Of a stretch of DNA of 15,340 nucleotides, positions 14,327 through 15,340 are shown one piece after another. The position numbers and the translations under genes were made by a program. Source of the DNA: Eubacteriales bacterium (GTDB taxonomy: Bacteria; Bacillota; Clostridia; Christensenellales; UBA1750); contig JAVBNW010000043.1 in NCBI GenBank assembly GCA_031551255.1, positions 1 through 15,340 of the forward strand. Direction: 5' to 3'. Each line of letters opens with the position of its first letter. The stretch's first letter is position 1. The notes below the pieces were generated by a model. It did no database searches, was not told where the DNA came from, and saw only the letters and a program-made list of their open reading frames with translations.

Positions 14327-15340
14327 TTACGACTTGGAGAAATCCACGCCGGCGCTTGCATACCCTAGGAAGGTATGGCCCAAGTCGCCATCGCCATGCG
14401 CGCTGCCGCTGAATACCAGCAGCAGGCGAGTGCCCGCGGAGATCGGGATATTCAGGTTCGAGGTAACCCCCGACACGTTCTGGCCAATCGTAACGATGCC
14501 GGATATCGAGGGAAGCGTTACGGAAGCGCCGGGTACGATGCTGAAGAAGTTATCCGGCGCGGCGGACTGATACAGCTGCGCCTTGATCGTAAAGGTAGAA
14601 TTCTGCAAGTTCAAGAACAGCACGGAGCTGAAATACGCGGCGATAGCGTTGATCGTGCAATCCCTCGGCACGGAGAACGCGAAGTTATTCAAAAGGCCCA
14701 AAGCGCCGGTCAGATCGATGTTGGGATCCAGGACATTGATGACCGACGAGCTATTGCCAAAGCCGATGAACGCGGGTATAGCCGTAGATCCCAAGTGATC
14801 CGTGGAAACCGCCACAGGATCGCCTGAGGAATAGGGGACGAAGGCGCCTGCGAGCGCGACGCCGGTAGCACCCGTTGCACCGGTGGCGCCGGTAGCGCCC
14901 GTGGGACCAACAGCGCCGTCCGCGCCGGTGGGGCCGGTGGCTCCGGTAGCGCCAACAGCGCCGTCCGCGCCGGTGGGACCCGTGGGGCCTGCAGCGCCGT
15001 CAGCGCCGGTGGCGCCTGTCGCGCCTACAGCGCCGTCAGCGCCGGTGGGGCCGGTAGCGCCTGTCGCGCCAACAGTGCCGTCAGCGCCGGTGGGGCCGGT
15101 AGCGCCCGTGGGACCAACAGCGCCGTCCGCGCCGGTGGGACCCGTGGGGCCTACAGCGCCGTCCGCGCCGGTGGCGCCTGTCGCGCCTACAGCGCCGTCA
15201 GCGCCGGTGGGGCCGGTGGCGCCTGTCGCGCCTACAGCGCCGTCAGCGCCGGTGGGGCCGGTGGCGCCTGTCGCGCCTACAGCGCCGTCAGCGCCGGTGG
15301 GGCCGGTGGCGCCTGTCGCGCCTACAGCGCCGTCAGCGCC
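14327..15340 (-). CDS. Collagen-like (Gly-X-Y) triple-helix repeat protein with a BclA-type globular C-terminal domain; 5' end lies beyond the window
   Basis: Hand translation of the minus strand from 15340 gives an uninterrupted [15 protein letters not shown]... Gly-X-Y run of at least 160 aa with no stops. It continues in frame, with frame continuity checked codon by codon across 14816-14962, into the 162-aa C-terminal domain listed in the ORF track ([22 protein letters not shown]...). The collagen frame has no ATG/GTG/TTG codons, which explains why the ORF track does not show it. Confidence 0.75.
   Translation of the reverse strand, partial: GADGAVGATGATGPTGADGAVGATGATGPTGADGAVGATGATGPTGADGAVGATGATGADGAVGPTGPTGADGAVGPTGATGPTGADGTVGATGATGPTGADGAVGATGATGADGAAGPTGPTGADGAVGATGATGPTGADGAVGPTGATGATGATGATGVALAGAFVPYSSGDPVAVSTDHLGSTAIPAFIGFGNSSSVINVLDPNIDLTGALGLLNNFAFSVPRDCTINAIAAYFSSVLFLNLQNSTFTIKAQLYQSAAPDNFFSIVPGASVTLPSISGIVTIGQNVSGVTSNLNIPISAGTRLLLVFSGSAHGDGDLGHTFLGYASAGVDFSKS
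14861..15340. repeat. Tandem repeat array: 9-bp (Gly-X-Y) units with a 45-bp higher-order period (four perfect 45-bp copies from 15186 to the window end)
   Basis: The string cctacagcgccgtcagcgccggtggggccggtggcgcctgtcgcg recurs at 15186, 15231, 15276 and 15321. Degenerate copies lie upstream. The array encodes [15 protein letters not shown] units. Confidence 0.85.

Noticed and set aside
13741-14361. 206-aa minus ORF antisense to the hypothetical protein
   Set aside because: The translation is Arg-rich with low GC3 periodicity. The plus frame has much better codon-position GC3 bias.
14375-14955. ORFs 14375..14827 (plus), 14583..14798 (plus) and 14710..14955 (minus) over the collagen-like gene
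   Set aside because: They are alternative frames of the Gly-X-Y and C-terminal-domain coding sequence. The in-frame collagen reading is unambiguous.
1-15340. Search for tRNA, rRNA and CRISPR arrays, and for defence-system hallmarks (restriction, Cas, toxin-antitoxin pairs, integrases)
   Set aside because: No cloverleaf-compatible T-arm or anticodon-stem signatures and no spacer-repeat periodicity were seen. The only tandem array is the coding Gly-X-Y repeat. No nuclease, methyltransferase or recombinase motifs were recognised in any frame.

Overview
This 15.3 kb window looks like chromosomal DNA from a high-GC, Gram-positive-type genome. Ribosome-binding sites are strong GGAGG-like sequences, and background GC is roughly 60-65% by eye. 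The window contains about 16 protein-coding genes and no rRNA, tRNA or CRISPR. The strand is given in brackets after each gene.

- (1) A small membrane protein (minus).
- (2) A three-gene minus-strand operon headed by a DUF2089-type Zn-ribbon/HTH protein. It is driven by a near-consensus sigma70 promoter that sits inside a sharply AT-rich 90-bp spacer.
- (3) A divergent NfeD-like / flotillin (FloT-like, SPFH) pair (plus) that ends in a perfect 15-bp-stem intrinsic terminator.
- (4) A low-GC island of about 2.2 kb (about 40% GC, roughly 4260-6450). It carries a strong promoter, a frameshifted HD-domain gene (plus) and a 456-aa beta-lactamase-family serine hydrolase (minus).
- (5) An APH(3')-like aminoglycoside phosphotransferase (minus), immediately downstream of and co-oriented with an orphan AgrC/ComD-type (HPK10, GHKL) membrane histidine kinase (minus). 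A 9-bp direct repeat pair with a 13-bp spacer, which is the LytTR-site geometry, lies between them.
- (6) A serC-serA serine biosynthesis operon (minus).
- (7) An NAD-dependent epimerase/dehydratase family gene (plus).
- (8) A uppP-mazG-like operon (minus).
- (9) An all-helical hypothetical protein (plus).
- (10) The 3' part of a collagen-like (Gly-X-Y) BclA-type gene (minus) with 9-bp/45-bp tandem repeats that runs off the window end.

Several ORF-track starts were moved to internal ATG/TTG codons that have proper Shine-Dalgarno spacing. I could run no database searches, so all family assignments rest on motifs I recognise directly in the translations.
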